From: Candidatus Sericytochromatia bacterium
GTDB taxonomy: Bacteria; Cyanobacteriota; Sericytochromatia; JACMPN01
Direction: 5' to 3'
DNA: 41,188 bases
NCBI GenBank assembly: GCA_014377495.1
Contig: JACMPN010000146.1
Location: forward strand, 1-41,188
Position 1 is the first letter of the stretch. The number at the start of each line of letters is the position of its first letter. The translations under genes and the position numbers were made by a program. Below are positions 1 through 8,318 of the stretch, piece by piece. The notes below the pieces were generated by a model, which worked only from the letters and a program-made list of their open reading frames with translations, did not search any database and was not told the DNA's origin.

Positions 1-26
1 CGGTTGCGGCGTGTGGAACCCCCACA

Positions 27-353
27 GTGAGCAGCGCCCCGGCCTTGGGCGCGAGTGCACCCCACTCCGTCAGTCAGCAGACCTTCAAAACTGAAAATTG
101 GCGGGGGGGCTACGGCGGCTATGGCGGCTATGGCGGCTACGGCGGCTATGGCGGCTATGGCGGCTACGGCGGCTATGGCGGCTACGGCGGCTATGGCGGC
201 TACGGCGGTTACGGGCGCTTCGGCTTCGGTGGCATCTCTCCGTTCAGCTACGGCGGCCTCGGCTATGGCGGGCTCGGCTACGGCGGGCTCGGCTATGGCG
301 GCCTCTATTCACCCTGGCAATACAGTGGCCTCAGCTACGGTGGCTTCTGGTAG
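27..353 (+). CDS. Glycine/tyrosine-rich low-complexity repeat protein (possibly 5'-truncated by the window edge)
   Basis: ORF-track frame 27..353 encodes (GGY)x~12, then (GGLGY)x4, ending SYGGFW. The frame stays open back to nt 3, so the true start may lie upstream. Third positions are G/C-rich in this frame. The TAG at 351-353 is followed about 11 nt later by a perfect 18-bp hairpin. The two alternative open frames (55..477, 98..403) run into or through that hairpin. Confidence 0.55.
   Translation: MSSAPALGASAPHSVSQQTFKTENWRGGYGGYGGYGGYGGYGGYGGYGGYGGYGGYGGYGGYGRFGFGGISPFSYGGLGYGGLGYGGLGYGGLYSPWQYSGLSYGGFW
105..214. repeat. Tandem 9-bp repeat ggc-ggc-ta(c/t), about 12 copies, encoding (GGY)n
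   Basis: Direct reading: ggctacggc/ggctatggc units repeat head to tail. The tac/tat alternation gives a partial higher-order 27-bp periodicity. Confidence 0.9.
251..306. repeat. Tandem 15-bp repeat encoding (GGLGY)x~4
   Basis: Direct reading: ggcggcctcggctat / ggcgggctcggctac units follow one another. Confidence 0.8.
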
Positions 354-364
354 ATCACGTTCAA

Positions 365-410
365 CTACCGCACCGGCGGACTGCCAGTCCGCCGGTGCGG
401 TAGTCGTTTG
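365..410 (+). terminator. Intrinsic terminator-like hairpin after the Gly/Tyr-rich ORF
   Basis: ctaccgcaccggcggact (365-382), loop gcc, agtccgccggtgcggtag (386-403). This is a perfect 18-bp stem, followed by tcgttt. Confidence 0.75.
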
Positions 411-547
411 GGGCACGGGCATTGGACGGGAGCCTGGCGGGCGCACGAGATGGGAATCAGGGGGCCACCCGCATTGACAAGCCGCTTGCGCACTAAGGAA
501 GATGGTAGGACCGCAGAAGCTTGATTGCTGGAGAGCCCAAACCCCGT

Positions 548-2335
548 ATGGCCACCACCCCGGAAGACGTCGCCAAGCGTGCATCGGTCATCGCCAAAGC
601 GGCGCTGGCAGCCCGTCGGGCGGCGGCCCATAAAGTGGCAAATCCCGAAATGCCGGATCCCGACGCTGACAACGGCGAGGACCCCAAGACGATCATGGCC
701 CAAGGCCTGCAGAACGTCCTGAACGGTCTGGCGGAGCTGGCCCGGTGCTCGCGGGGCATCCTCGTCCTCTGGGAACAGCGCAGCCGGATCTCCGTCTCCG
801 TCGCCTGGCCCAAGGTGATGGAAGCCGTGCCGGTCCTCGATGCCAGCCGCACCTGGGGCGAGCGGGCCCGCCAAGGGGCCCTCGCCGATCAGGATCCGTC
901 GACGGGCACATACCTGCTTTGTGTCCCTGTGCGCGGGGCGGTCGGCGAGTTGGGCTATGTCTACCTGGACCGGCCGCACACGGCGGGCACCTTCGGGCCG
1001 TGGGAGTTGCAGGCCGCTGAGCTGGCCGCCGCCGCCGCCGCCAGCGTGGCCATCCAGTCCCGGTTCTTCAAGGATCTGGCGGGCAGCTATCAGCGTCTGC
1101 AGACGATCAACAAGCTGATCCGCTCCCTGTCCTCCAACCTGCCCACCCGGACGATCTACGAAGAAGTGCTGAACTGCTTCGTCTCGATCTCAGGGGCCGA
1201 ACAGGGCGCGTTTTTCGTCGCCGAGCAGCTGCGGTTGGTGGCGGCCGTCGACATGCATGGGAATGCGTTGCGTAACTTCGTCCCCACCGAGGCCATCCTG
1301 GAGCAGGGTCGCAAAAGCAGGCGGCCACTCGTCACCCTCGACATGCCGCACGAGGATCCGCATGACCGGCGGCCAGGCGCCAAGGACGCCCCGCAGATGA
1401 TGAAGGGCATGCGCTCCGTCATCACCGTGCCGCTGTTTGCCGGTGAACGGGTCCTGGGCCTTATTTATCTGACCAGCCAGGTCGCCGCTCGCTCCTTCTC
1501 CAAAGAAGACGAGACGATCCTCGAAGTCCTCTCCACCCAGACGGCCAATGCCCTGGAGCGGGCCGTACTCTATCAGGAGATGGAAGTGCGGGTCGTCGAG
1601 CGGACCCGGCAGCTGGGCCGGGCCAATGAGGAGCTGAAGGCCCTGAACGAAGTGCTCGACGCCAAAGTGCAGCAACAGGTGGCCACACTGCGCAACGCCG
1701 AACGGCTCCGCCGCTATCTGGCGCCCAACGTCGTCGAAGCGGTCATGCGCAATGACGAGACCCTCGGCCAGACCAGCCGCAAGAAGCTGACCATCTTTTT
1801 CACGGACATCCGGGGCTTTACCGCCCTGTCGGAGTCCCAGGAGCCGGAGGAGGTCATCTCCCTGCTCACCGAGTACCTGAATGCGATGACCTCCCTGATC
1901 CACCATCACGAGGGGACCCTGAACAAATTCCTCGGCGACGGCCTGATGGGCTTTTTCGGCGACCCGATCCCCATGGCCGATCACGCCCAGCGGGCCGTGC
2001 GGATGGCCCTGGAAATGCAGGAGAAGATGGTCCACCTGCAGAACCGCTGGTTCAGCGCCGGCAGCCACCCTCTGGCCATCGGCATCGGCATCAACACCGG
2101 GTTTGTCACCGTGGGGAACATCGGCTCGGAAACGTTCACCGATTACACGGTCATCGGCACCCAGGTCAATTTGACTGCCCGCATCCAGTCGCTGGCCGGC
2201 CCCGGCGAAATCGTGATTTCCCATCCGACGTATGCTCAGGTCAAGGACATGGTCGAGGTTGAGCCCCGGGGCGAAGTCGTCGTCAAGGGCCTGCACGCAC
2301 CCGTGATGGTCTACCGGGTGATCAGTCTGAAGTAG
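548..2335 (+). CDS. GAF-GAF-domain class III adenylate/guanylate cyclase
   Basis: The C-terminal cyclase homology domain has FFTDIRGFTALSE, LNKFLGDGLMGFFGDP, GINTGFVTVGNIGS and DYTVIGTQVNLTARIQS. Two GAF-like modules and a coiled-coil linker lie upstream. ATG 548 is preferred over TTG 521 because ggagag sits about 12 nt upstream. Confidence 0.9.
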   Translation: MATTPEDVAKRASVIAKAALAARRAAAHKVANPEMPDPDADNGEDPKTIMAQGLQNVLNGLAELARCSRGILVLWEQRSRISVSVAWPKVMEAVPVLDASRTWGERARQGALADQDPSTGTYLLCVPVRGAVGELGYVYLDRPHTAGTFGPWELQAAELAAAAAASVAIQSRFFKDLAGSYQRLQTINKLIRSLSSNLPTRTIYEEVLNCFVSISGAEQGAFFVAEQLRLVAAVDMHGNALRNFVPTEAILEQGRKSRRPLVTLDMPHEDPHDRRPGAKDAPQMMKGMRSVITVPLFAGERVLGLIYLTSQVAARSFSKEDETILEVLSTQTANALERAVLYQEMEVRVVERTRQLGRANEELKALNEVLDAKVQQQVATLRNAERLRRYLAPNVVEAVMRNDETLGQTSRKKLTIFFTDIRGFTALSESQEPEEVISLLTEYLNAMTSLIHHHEGTLNKFLGDGLMGFFGDPIPMADHAQRAVRMALEMQEKMVHLQNRWFSAGSHPLAIGIGINTGFVTVGNIGSETFTDYTVIGTQVNLTARIQSLAGPGEIVISHPTYAQVKDMVEVEPRGEVVVKGLHAPVMVYRVISLK

Positions 2336-2506
2336 CGCCGGCCCGGAGTCCGGCAGGGATTCCGCCCGCTGGGGAAGTCCGCCCTGAAAAAATGTGCCTG
2401 GTGGGATGTTCAGACGAAGCGGAAAGGGGAATACTAGGTGTTGAGTGCTGTCATCAGCCGATTGACGCCGATCGCTTCGTCGAGGGCGCTGGTCCTTTCA
2501 AGGTTT

Positions 2507-2538
2507 GGGACGGTGCGGTGACCCCACCGCACCGTCCC
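2507..2538 (+). other. Perfect 14-bp GC-rich hairpin in the leader of the 2602 gene
   Basis: gggacggtgcggtg (2507-2520), loop accc, caccgcaccgtccc (2525-2538). There is no downstream T-tract. It lies 64 nt before the ATG at 2602 and about 170 nt after the cyclase stop. Confidence 0.4.
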
Positions 2539-2601
2539 GACAGCCGAACGGTCGCCGGTATTCCCTGGATGTATGTCATTGCAGAGCGTGGGAGTGAGTA
2601 G

Positions 2602-3252
2602 ATGTCCGAAACAGAAACGCAGGAACTGGACCTCAGGTCGGTAGGCGCTGCCCAGAAGGCGCTGGAGACCAATGCCCAGAAGAAGAAACTTCTGGAGCGG
2701 GTGCACGAGCTGATGCGCTCCGTGTTCGTCATCTTCAACGAGTTGCAGAAGCGGCTGCCGCCGAACTCCAGCGAGTTGGAGTTCCACGAGGACCGGATCG
2801 TTTTCCAACTGGGTGGCATCCCTTTGACGGTCATCTACCTCAAAGAAGAAAAACCGATGTTTGTGAACATCAACAAAAGGCCCTATCTGGCGGAACGGAT
2901 CTACCTCTGCAACGCCAACTTTGGCAACAGCGGCGGTGAGGACCTCGGCCCCCGGGAGATGGAGGTCGGCTCGATCTTCATCTGCGAGGAGGTTTACGTC
3001 GTCCGCTGGAACGAAAAGATCGAGGTCTGGAACACGCCCATCGAGCTGATGGACGCCATCCTCAACGCCTACTACCAGGAAAACGCCAAGCACACCGACC
3101 GTGAAGGCAACGAGATCGCCATCGCCACGGATGCCTGGTTGTACGGCGCTCGCAAGAACGACACGCCGGAACTCGAAGGCGGCGAGATCATGCTGCCGCC
3201 GCCGTCGATGCCGAACATCGGTGCCGCCTACCAGTTCAACAAGCGTCGCTAG
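2602..3252 (+). CDS. Hypothetical soluble protein (216 aa), no family recognised
   Basis: Clean ORF with gggagtgag 4-5 nt before the ATG. Composition is protein-like, with no TM segment and no recognisable motif. Confidence 0.7.
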   Translation: MSETETQELDLRSVGAAQKALETNAQKKKLLERVHELMRSVFVIFNELQKRLPPNSSELEFHEDRIVFQLGGIPLTVIYLKEEKPMFVNINKRPYLAERIYLCNANFGNSGGEDLGPREMEVGSIFICEEVYVVRWNEKIEVWNTPIELMDAILNAYYQENAKHTDREGNEIAIATDAWLYGARKNDTPELEGGEIMLPPPSMPNIGAAYQFNKRR

Positions 3253-3415
3253 CACGTTCAGTGGCGCTCGCCTGTCTGCCGGTCCTCCAAGTGGCCGCTG
3301 GCCGGTGAGCCCATCACCGGCCTGATCGCCCGCCCGACGGCTTAGCTTTGGCTAGCCGCCGGGCGTTCGGCATCTCGTCGCTTCCGGGTGGTCAACTGTC
3401 TCAGGTGGAGGTGGG

Positions 3416-4153
3416 ATGTCGGGTTTTTCCGTCGTGCCGTTGGGTGTCGGTGACGCCTTTTCGGCACTGTATTATTCGTCGTGTCTCCTGCTGGAAGCTG
3501 AAGGCGTCCGCATGCTGATCGACTGTCCCCACCCGATCCGCAAGATGCTGCGGGAAGCGGCGCCGGACGTCGACATCAACGAGATCTCGGGCGTGGCCCT
3601 GACTCACCTGCACGCTGATCACAGCTCGGGCCTCGAAGGGTTCGGCTACTACGCCTACTTCACTTTGGGCCGCAAGGCCCACCTCGTCATCCACCCGGCC
3701 GTCAGTGAACGCCTCTGGAGTGCCCACCTGGCCGCAGGCATGGAGCAGATGATGGAGGTGCCCGGACATCCGCCGCACCATATGGGCTTCGACGATTACT
3801 TCGCATTGACCGCCCTCGACAAGACGAAACCCGTCAGCGTCGGTCCCTTTACCTTCGAATGCCGCCGGACGATCCACCCGGTGCCGACGACGGCGATGCG
3901 GATCACGGCTGCTGGGCGGACTCTCGGCTACAGCGCCGATACGGCGTATGACCCGGCCCTGATCGAGTGGCTGTCGTCGGCGGATCTGATCCTGCACGAG
4001 ACGAACATCGGCATCCATACCCCCTATGAGCGGCTGGCCGAGCTACCGGCCGAGCTGAGGGCCCGGATGCGGCTCATCCATTACCCCGACGAGTTCGACC
4101 TGGCGGCCAGCGTCATCCAACCCGTTCGCCAGGGCGTGGGATTCACCGTCTGA
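3416..4153 (+). CDS. MBL-fold metallo-hydrolase (RNase Z / beta-lactamase superfamily)
   Basis: HxHxDH motif (THLHADHSSG) at the expected position, with later His/Asp ligand positions (ILHETNIGIH). RBS ggtggaggtggg precedes the ATG. Confidence 0.85.
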   Translation: MSGFSVVPLGVGDAFSALYYSSCLLLEAEGVRMLIDCPHPIRKMLREAAPDVDINEISGVALTHLHADHSSGLEGFGYYAYFTLGRKAHLVIHPAVSERLWSAHLAAGMEQMMEVPGHPPHHMGFDDYFALTALDKTKPVSVGPFTFECRRTIHPVPTTAMRITAAGRTLGYSADTAYDPALIEWLSSADLILHETNIGIHTPYERLAELPAELRARMRLIHYPDEFDLAASVIQPVRQGVGFTV

Positions 4154-4184
4154 GCGCCGGACCGATCCGGCAGTGGGAGTCCGC

Positions 4185-4844
4185 ATGAAGCGACCGACCG
4201 AGCTGGTCCCACGCAAACGGCCCGTGCAACAACGTTCCAAAGAGACCGTCGAGGCCATCCTCGAGGCTGCCGGCCGGGTGTTTGCCAGCCATGGCTTTGC
4301 GGCCGGCACCTCGAACCGCATCGCGGCGCGGGCCGGTGTCTCGATCGGCTCGTTTTATCAGTATTTTCCCAACAAGGATGCCATCGTCGTCGCCCTGATG
4401 GAGCGCCACATGGCCGAGACGACGGCCACTTTCGAAGCCCTGAAGGACCTTTCCGATCGGGTGGTGATGACGGTCGAGGACGTCGTCCGCCATTTCGTGA
4501 TGGCCCTGCTGAACACCTATCAGCAGGATCCCGCCCTGTTCCGGGTCCTCTTCGAGGAGGCGCCCCGACCGCTGGGCATCCACAATACCCGGGCGAAAAT
4601 CCATGAAGCTGTGGCCAACGCCCTCGTCCCCCAGATGGGCCGGCTAATCACGGCCCAATTGCGGGATCCACTGGTCAGTGCCCATCTGCTCGTCGAAGTG
4701 GCGACCGCCAGCGTACGGCACTTCGTGTTGCACACGCCCGCCGGGCTCAAGGCCGAAACCTTCGCCGAGGAACTGATTGTCATGATCGTCGCCTATCTCG
4801 TCGGACCCGAGCCGACCATGACGCCCCGTTCGGCGAATCCCTGA
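4185..4844 (+). CDS. TetR/AcrR-family transcriptional regulator
   Basis: N-terminal TetR helix-turn-helix: RSKETVEAILEAAGRVFASHGFAAGTSNRIAARAGVSIGSFYQYFPNKDAIV. ATG 4185 is preferred over GTG 4173 because gggag lies just upstream. Confidence 0.9.
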   Translation: MKRPTELVPRKRPVQQRSKETVEAILEAAGRVFASHGFAAGTSNRIAARAGVSIGSFYQYFPNKDAIVVALMERHMAETTATFEALKDLSDRVVMTVEDVVRHFVMALLNTYQQDPALFRVLFEEAPRPLGIHNTRAKIHEAVANALVPQMGRLITAQLRDPLVSAHLLVEVATASVRHFVLHTPAGLKAETFAEELIVMIVAYLVGPEPTMTPRSANP

Positions 4845-5062
4845 CGCCCTGCGTCAAATGCGACCAGCCATCCCGGCAAGGGCGGCAAAACGGTCTCGGG
4901 CCTCGCTGTAGCGTCATTCCGTCCCGTCCGTCCCCACGTCAACGGCATGCCCGTCTGGTTGTATGCCATCGGGGTGGCCGACCTCAGCCACATGGGACGG
5001 CCGCCGCGGCGTTGACCCGAAGTGTCCGCCCCGGTGTCGTCATCCGGTTCTAGGGCCGGCCT

Positions 5063-5110
5063 GACAAGACAAAGACCCCGAGCTGCGTCGCTCGGGGTCT
5101 TTGTCTTGTC
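5063..5110. terminator. Bidirectional terminator hairpin between the convergent TetR and MFS genes
   Basis: gacaagacaaagaccccgag (5063-5082), loop ctgcgtcg, ctcggggtctttgtcttgtc (5091-5110). Perfect 20-bp stem with A/T-rich outer ends. Confidence 0.8.
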
Positions 5111-5126
5111 AGGTGAATCCGAGTGC

Positions 5127-6299
5127 CTAGCTGGCGGCTTTGACGATACCGGGCTGAGGCGCTTTCGGCCGCAGGACAGCCAGGGCAAAGAAGAAGGCCC
5201 CAGCCATGACGAGTGAGCCGGCCAGGTAGGGCCAGTCAGGATGGCTGTAATACAACATGCCGCCGACGGCCGGACCGACGACCCGGGCCATCGATTCAAA
5301 GCTCTGCAGCATACCCATCGCCGTGCCCTGTCCGGACTGGGCACCCTTGGAGACGCCCGTGGCGAGGGCGCTGCGCATCAGGGCGGAGCCGACGCCGGTC
5401 CAGCACATGGCGAGTGTCAGAGCCCAGTAATTGCCGGCCAGGATGACGAAAAACAGGCCGGACGCCAGGATGGCAGTGCCGGTTTTGATGATCGTCCCTT
5501 CGCCGTGTTTTTGGACCAGCTTGCCGACCATACCGCCCTGCACACCGGCAGAGACGAGGGCCATCGTGGCGAAGAGTCCACCGACCTGGCCAATGGTCAA
5601 GGCAAAACGGTCCTTGGCGAACAGGACGAAGGTGGCTTCCATGTTCGTGAACGCAAAGGTCGACACGAAGGTAAGCAGATACAGCGGCCAGAGGGCCGAG
5701 CCTGTTTCCTGCAGGGCCTGACGCCACGTCGGCTTGTGCTTGATGGCCGGGGGGAGGCCGCCCGGCAGCATGGCGGCAATGAAGAAGACCGTCAGCAGGC
5801 TCGTCACGCCGGCGATGAAGAAAGGCAGCTTGTGGCTGTATTGGCCGGCCAATCCGCCGATGGCGGGACCGACGACCATGCCGAGACCCACCGCGGCACC
5901 CAGCAGACCGACCGACTTGGCCCGGGCCTCCGGGGGGGACCGGTCGCCGACGATGGCGAAGGCCGTGGGCAGTGCCGCCGCCCCGAGGATGCCGCCCAGG
6001 ATGCGGGCCCCGAAGAGCTGCGGCATGTTCGTGGCCAGGCCGAACAGGACGAAACTGAGGCCCAGTCCGGCGATGCCCGTCATGAAGATCGGTTTGCGGC
6101 CGATGCGGTCGGAGAGCCGTCCCCAGAGGGGGGCGAAGATCACGTTCATGATCGAGTAAGAGGCCATGAGGAACCCGACCGTGCGGGCGTCGCCGTGCAT
6201 CTCCAGCGTGTAGTACGGGAGGGCCGGGATGATGATCCCGAAGCCGAGCATGACCAGGAACAGGCCAAAGAACAGAATGCCGAGGGTGCGTTTATCCAT
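5127..6299 (-). CDS. MFS transporter, DHA1-like drug:H+ antiporter
   Basis: 390 aa with about 12 predicted TM segments. MFS signature between TM2 and TM3: GRLSDRIGRKPIFM. Confidence 0.9.
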   Translation of the reverse strand: MDKRTLGILFFGLFLVMLGFGIIIPALPYYTLEMHGDARTVGFLMASYSIMNVIFAPLWGRLSDRIGRKPIFMTGIAGLGLSFVLFGLATNMPQLFGARILGGILGAAALPTAFAIVGDRSPPEARAKSVGLLGAAVGLGMVVGPAIGGLAGQYSHKLPFFIAGVTSLLTVFFIAAMLPGGLPPAIKHKPTWRQALQETGSALWPLYLLTFVSTFAFTNMEATFVLFAKDRFALTIGQVGGLFATMALVSAGVQGGMVGKLVQKHGEGTIIKTGTAILASGLFFVILAGNYWALTLAMCWTGVGSALMRSALATGVSKGAQSGQGTAMGMLQSFESMARVVGPAVGGMLYYSHPDWPYLAGSLVMAGAFFFALAVLRPKAPQPGIVKAAS

Positions 6300-6318
6300 G
6301 GAGTCATCCTATGTTGCT

Positions 6319-6352
6319 GGTGGAAAAACGGCAAGTTCAGCCGTTTTCCACC
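6319..6352. promoter_or_regulatory. Near-perfect 13-bp inverted repeat about 20 nt upstream of the MFS start codon (candidate operator or 5'-UTR hairpin)
   Basis: ggtggaaaaacggc (6319-6332), spacer aagttca, gccgttttccacc (6340-6352). There is one bulged A. Confidence 0.35.
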
Positions 6353-6564
6353 GTGTCGTGCCGGCCCCGCAAAGGAGTATGGCGTCAGAAATGGGTGCCC
6401 CCTTGCGGGGAACCTCAAGGAGAGAGGGATCCGTCAGAACCGGCCGATGGCGCTGCAAAGCAGTCATGAGTGTGTGCCGTTGACCCGATTGGACGTCGGT
6501 CCGCCCATCAGGCAACCTCCCCTTGGGGGGACCAAGAACCTCTCGACGGCGCCACACATCAGGG

Positions 6565-6759
6565 CTAGTGGTACGCGCCCATCCCCGGCTTGTTCTTGTT
6601 ATGACCGTCCTGGTCTTTGTAGAGGGCATCCTGGATGACGCCCCGCGTGAAGTACGACACCAGCATCATGCCGATGACGACTGTTCCGAGGATGGCTGTG
6701 GTGATCCACTTGCCCCGGATCTGGCCGGGCGTCAGCCCCGGGTTATTGTCTGCAGACAT
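6565..6759 (-). CDS. Small single-pass membrane protein (64 aa), last gene of the oxidase operon
   Basis: One hydrophobic helix (WITTAILGTVVIGMMLVSYF). RBS agggag lies about 7 nt before the ATG. It sits 44 nt downstream of ctaG on the same strand. Confidence 0.6.
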   Translation of the reverse strand: MSADNNPGLTPGQIRGKWITTAILGTVVIGMMLVSYFTRGVIQDALYKDQDGHNKNKPGMGAYH

Positions 6760-6803
6760 GTCTTAGCTCCCTTTTTGCCGGTCCACCCGTCTCCGGGCAC
6801 CGG

Positions 6804-7391
6804 TCACTTGATGGTCGAGAGGGATTTCGTTTGACCGTGTTCGATCTGCTTCTGGTCCGGTTCCAGCGCATACAGGGTGTAGGCGAGGGTCACCTCGGGG
6901 ATTTCCTTGCCCACCGTCGGTTCCAGCCGGAAAGTCACCGGCATCGTCCGCACCTCGTGCGGTTTCATCGACTGCCGGGTGAAGCAGAAGCACTCGATCT
7001 TCTGCAACGAGGGACCGGCTTGTTCCGGGGCCACGCTATGGACGGCCTGAAACTCGATCGGCTTGTTGCTGAGGTTGCGGAAACGGTAGCTGACAGTGTT
7101 CATTTCACCGACCTTGACCCGTTTCGTCAGCTCGCTGACGGGACCAAAATCGGCGGCCAGTCCGGCATTCACCTGACTGACAAAGTGCATGGTGACGTAG
7201 CGGCTCTCGGTCGTCGGTGTGTTGCCCCGTTTGGCGGGCGACGCAAAGGCCGGGCCAATGCCCAGCGTGCTGCACAGCAGTCCATAGAGCGGTACGACGG
7301 CAAAGGCAAATCCGAACATGCCCGTCACGAACAGCAAGACGTACTTGGCGACCAGGCGGTTTTTTTCCGCCAGGGGTTTATCGTTCCACAT
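6804..7391 (-). CDS. ctaG: Cytochrome c oxidase assembly protein CtaG/Cox11 (CuB insertion)
   Basis: N-terminal TM anchor plus a soluble domain carrying the Cox11 CFCF motif (KIECFCFTRQ). Confidence 0.85.
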   Translation of the reverse strand: MWNDKPLAEKNRLVAKYVLLFVTGMFGFAFAVVPLYGLLCSTLGIGPAFASPAKRGNTPTTESRYVTMHFVSQVNAGLAADFGPVSELTKRVKVGEMNTVSYRFRNLSNKPIEFQAVHSVAPEQAGPSLQKIECFCFTRQSMKPHEVRTMPVTFRLEPTVGKEIPEVTLAYTLYALEPDQKQIEHGQTKSLSTIK

Positions 7392-7406
7392 GATCCGTCG
7401 GTCCTT

Positions 7407-8318
7407 TCACGCGATGCCGTAGCGAACACCCAAGTCGATGACGAGGGCAATGAACAATACCATCAGGTACAAAATCGAAAAGAAGAACAGCTTCATCGAG
7501 GCGGGACGACTGGGATTGCGCAACAGCTGTACCGTCTTGACCAGGTAGATGGTGTCCAGGACGACCGCCGTGGCCAGGTAGATACCGCCGGCCTGTTGCA
7601 TCGGATAGAGCACGAGGGTGAAGGGGATCAGCAGGGCCGTGTAGATGAGCATCTGCCAGCGGGTGTACTCGATGCCGTGGGTGTTCGGCAGCATCGGGAT
7701 GGACGCCTTGGCGTAGTCGTCGACCCGGTAGATCGCCAGCGCCCAGAAATGCGGCGGCTGCCAGAGGAAGATGACCATGAAGAGGATCCAGGCCGGTAGG
7801 CCGATCTCGCCCCGCACGGCCGCCCAGCCGATGAGTGGGGCGACCGCACCTGCCACACCGCCGATGACCGTGTTGTGTGGCGTCGTCCGCTTCAGGTACA
7901 TCGTGTAGAACCCGGCGTAAAAGAGGATGCTGCCGACGGAGACGGCAGCGGCAAGCAGGTTCACCCCCAACGCCAGCATCAGCGTGGAGGCGACGGAGAG
8001 GATCAGGCCAAAGGCGAGGATCTGCCCGGGCGAAATCGTGTCGGTGACACTCGGCCGCTTGGCCGTCCGCTCCATGATCCCGTCGATGTCCCGGTCGACG
8101 TACATGTTGATCGTGGCGGCCCCGCCGGCGGCGAGCGCCGTCCCGCCCAGGGTGAGCAGGACCAGTGAGAGGGGCGGCATGCCTTGCTGGGCCATCATCA
8201 TCGCCGGCAGGCCGGTGACCAGCACGAGCAACACGATGCTCGGTTTGGTCAGCGACCAGTAGTCACGCCAGGTGGCGCTGGGCTTCAGCAGGGGGGAAAT
8301 GGCGGGAGTTTCGATCAT
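7407..8318 (-). CDS. ctaB: Protoheme IX farnesyltransferase (heme O synthase)
   Basis: UbiA-family polytopic protein with NMYVDRDIDGIMERTAKRP and WQPPHFWALA motifs. Start is at MIETPAIS (residue 257 of the 559-aa track ORF). Its ATG overlaps the ctaA TGA as ATGA. Confidence 0.9.
   Translation of the reverse strand: MIETPAISPLLKPSATWRDYWSLTKPSIVLLVLVTGLPAMMMAQQGMPPLSLVLLTLGGTALAAGGAATINMYVDRDIDGIMERTAKRPSVTDTISPGQILAFGLILSVASTLMLALGVNLLAAAVSVGSILFYAGFYTMYLKRTTPHNTVIGGVAGAVAPLIGWAAVRGEIGLPAWILFMVIFLWQPPHFWALAIYRVDDYAKASIPMLPNTHGIEYTRWQMLIYTALLIPFTLVLYPMQQAGGIYLATAVVLDTIYLVKTVQLLRNPSRPASMKLFFFSILYLMVLFIALVIDLGVRYGIA

Noticed and set aside
105-306. Tandem repeats as a possible CRISPR array
   Set aside because: The units are 9 and 15 bp, directly adjacent without spacers, and in frame within an ORF. 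This is a coding minisatellite, not a CRISPR array.
55-477. Alternative frames of the repeat region (AAMAAT...- and RLWRLRR...-type ORFs at 55..477 and 98..403)
   Set aside because: Both read into or through the terminator hairpin at 365-403, and their third-position composition fits the genome bias less well than the GGY frame.
474-479. TTGACA hexamer upstream of the cyclase gene as a -35 box
   Set aside because: No acceptable -10 hexamer lies at 16-18 nt spacing, so no promoter is called.
1190-2296. Long antisense or alternative-frame ORFs throughout the window (for example 1190..2296-, 5241..6638+, 8609..9346+, 9404..10423+, 10649..11920+, 12489..13685-, 12842..13747+, 14142..15632+, 15827..17665+, 18609..19775+, 21327..22643+, 23875..25107+, 24939..26903+, 30467..32305+, 35222..37372+, 39108..40754-)
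   Set aside because: Each overlaps a gene with unmistakable family motifs on the other strand or frame. Their translations are Arg/Pro/Gly/Ala-rich with no motifs. This is the usual stop-codon-poor artefact of GC-rich DNA.
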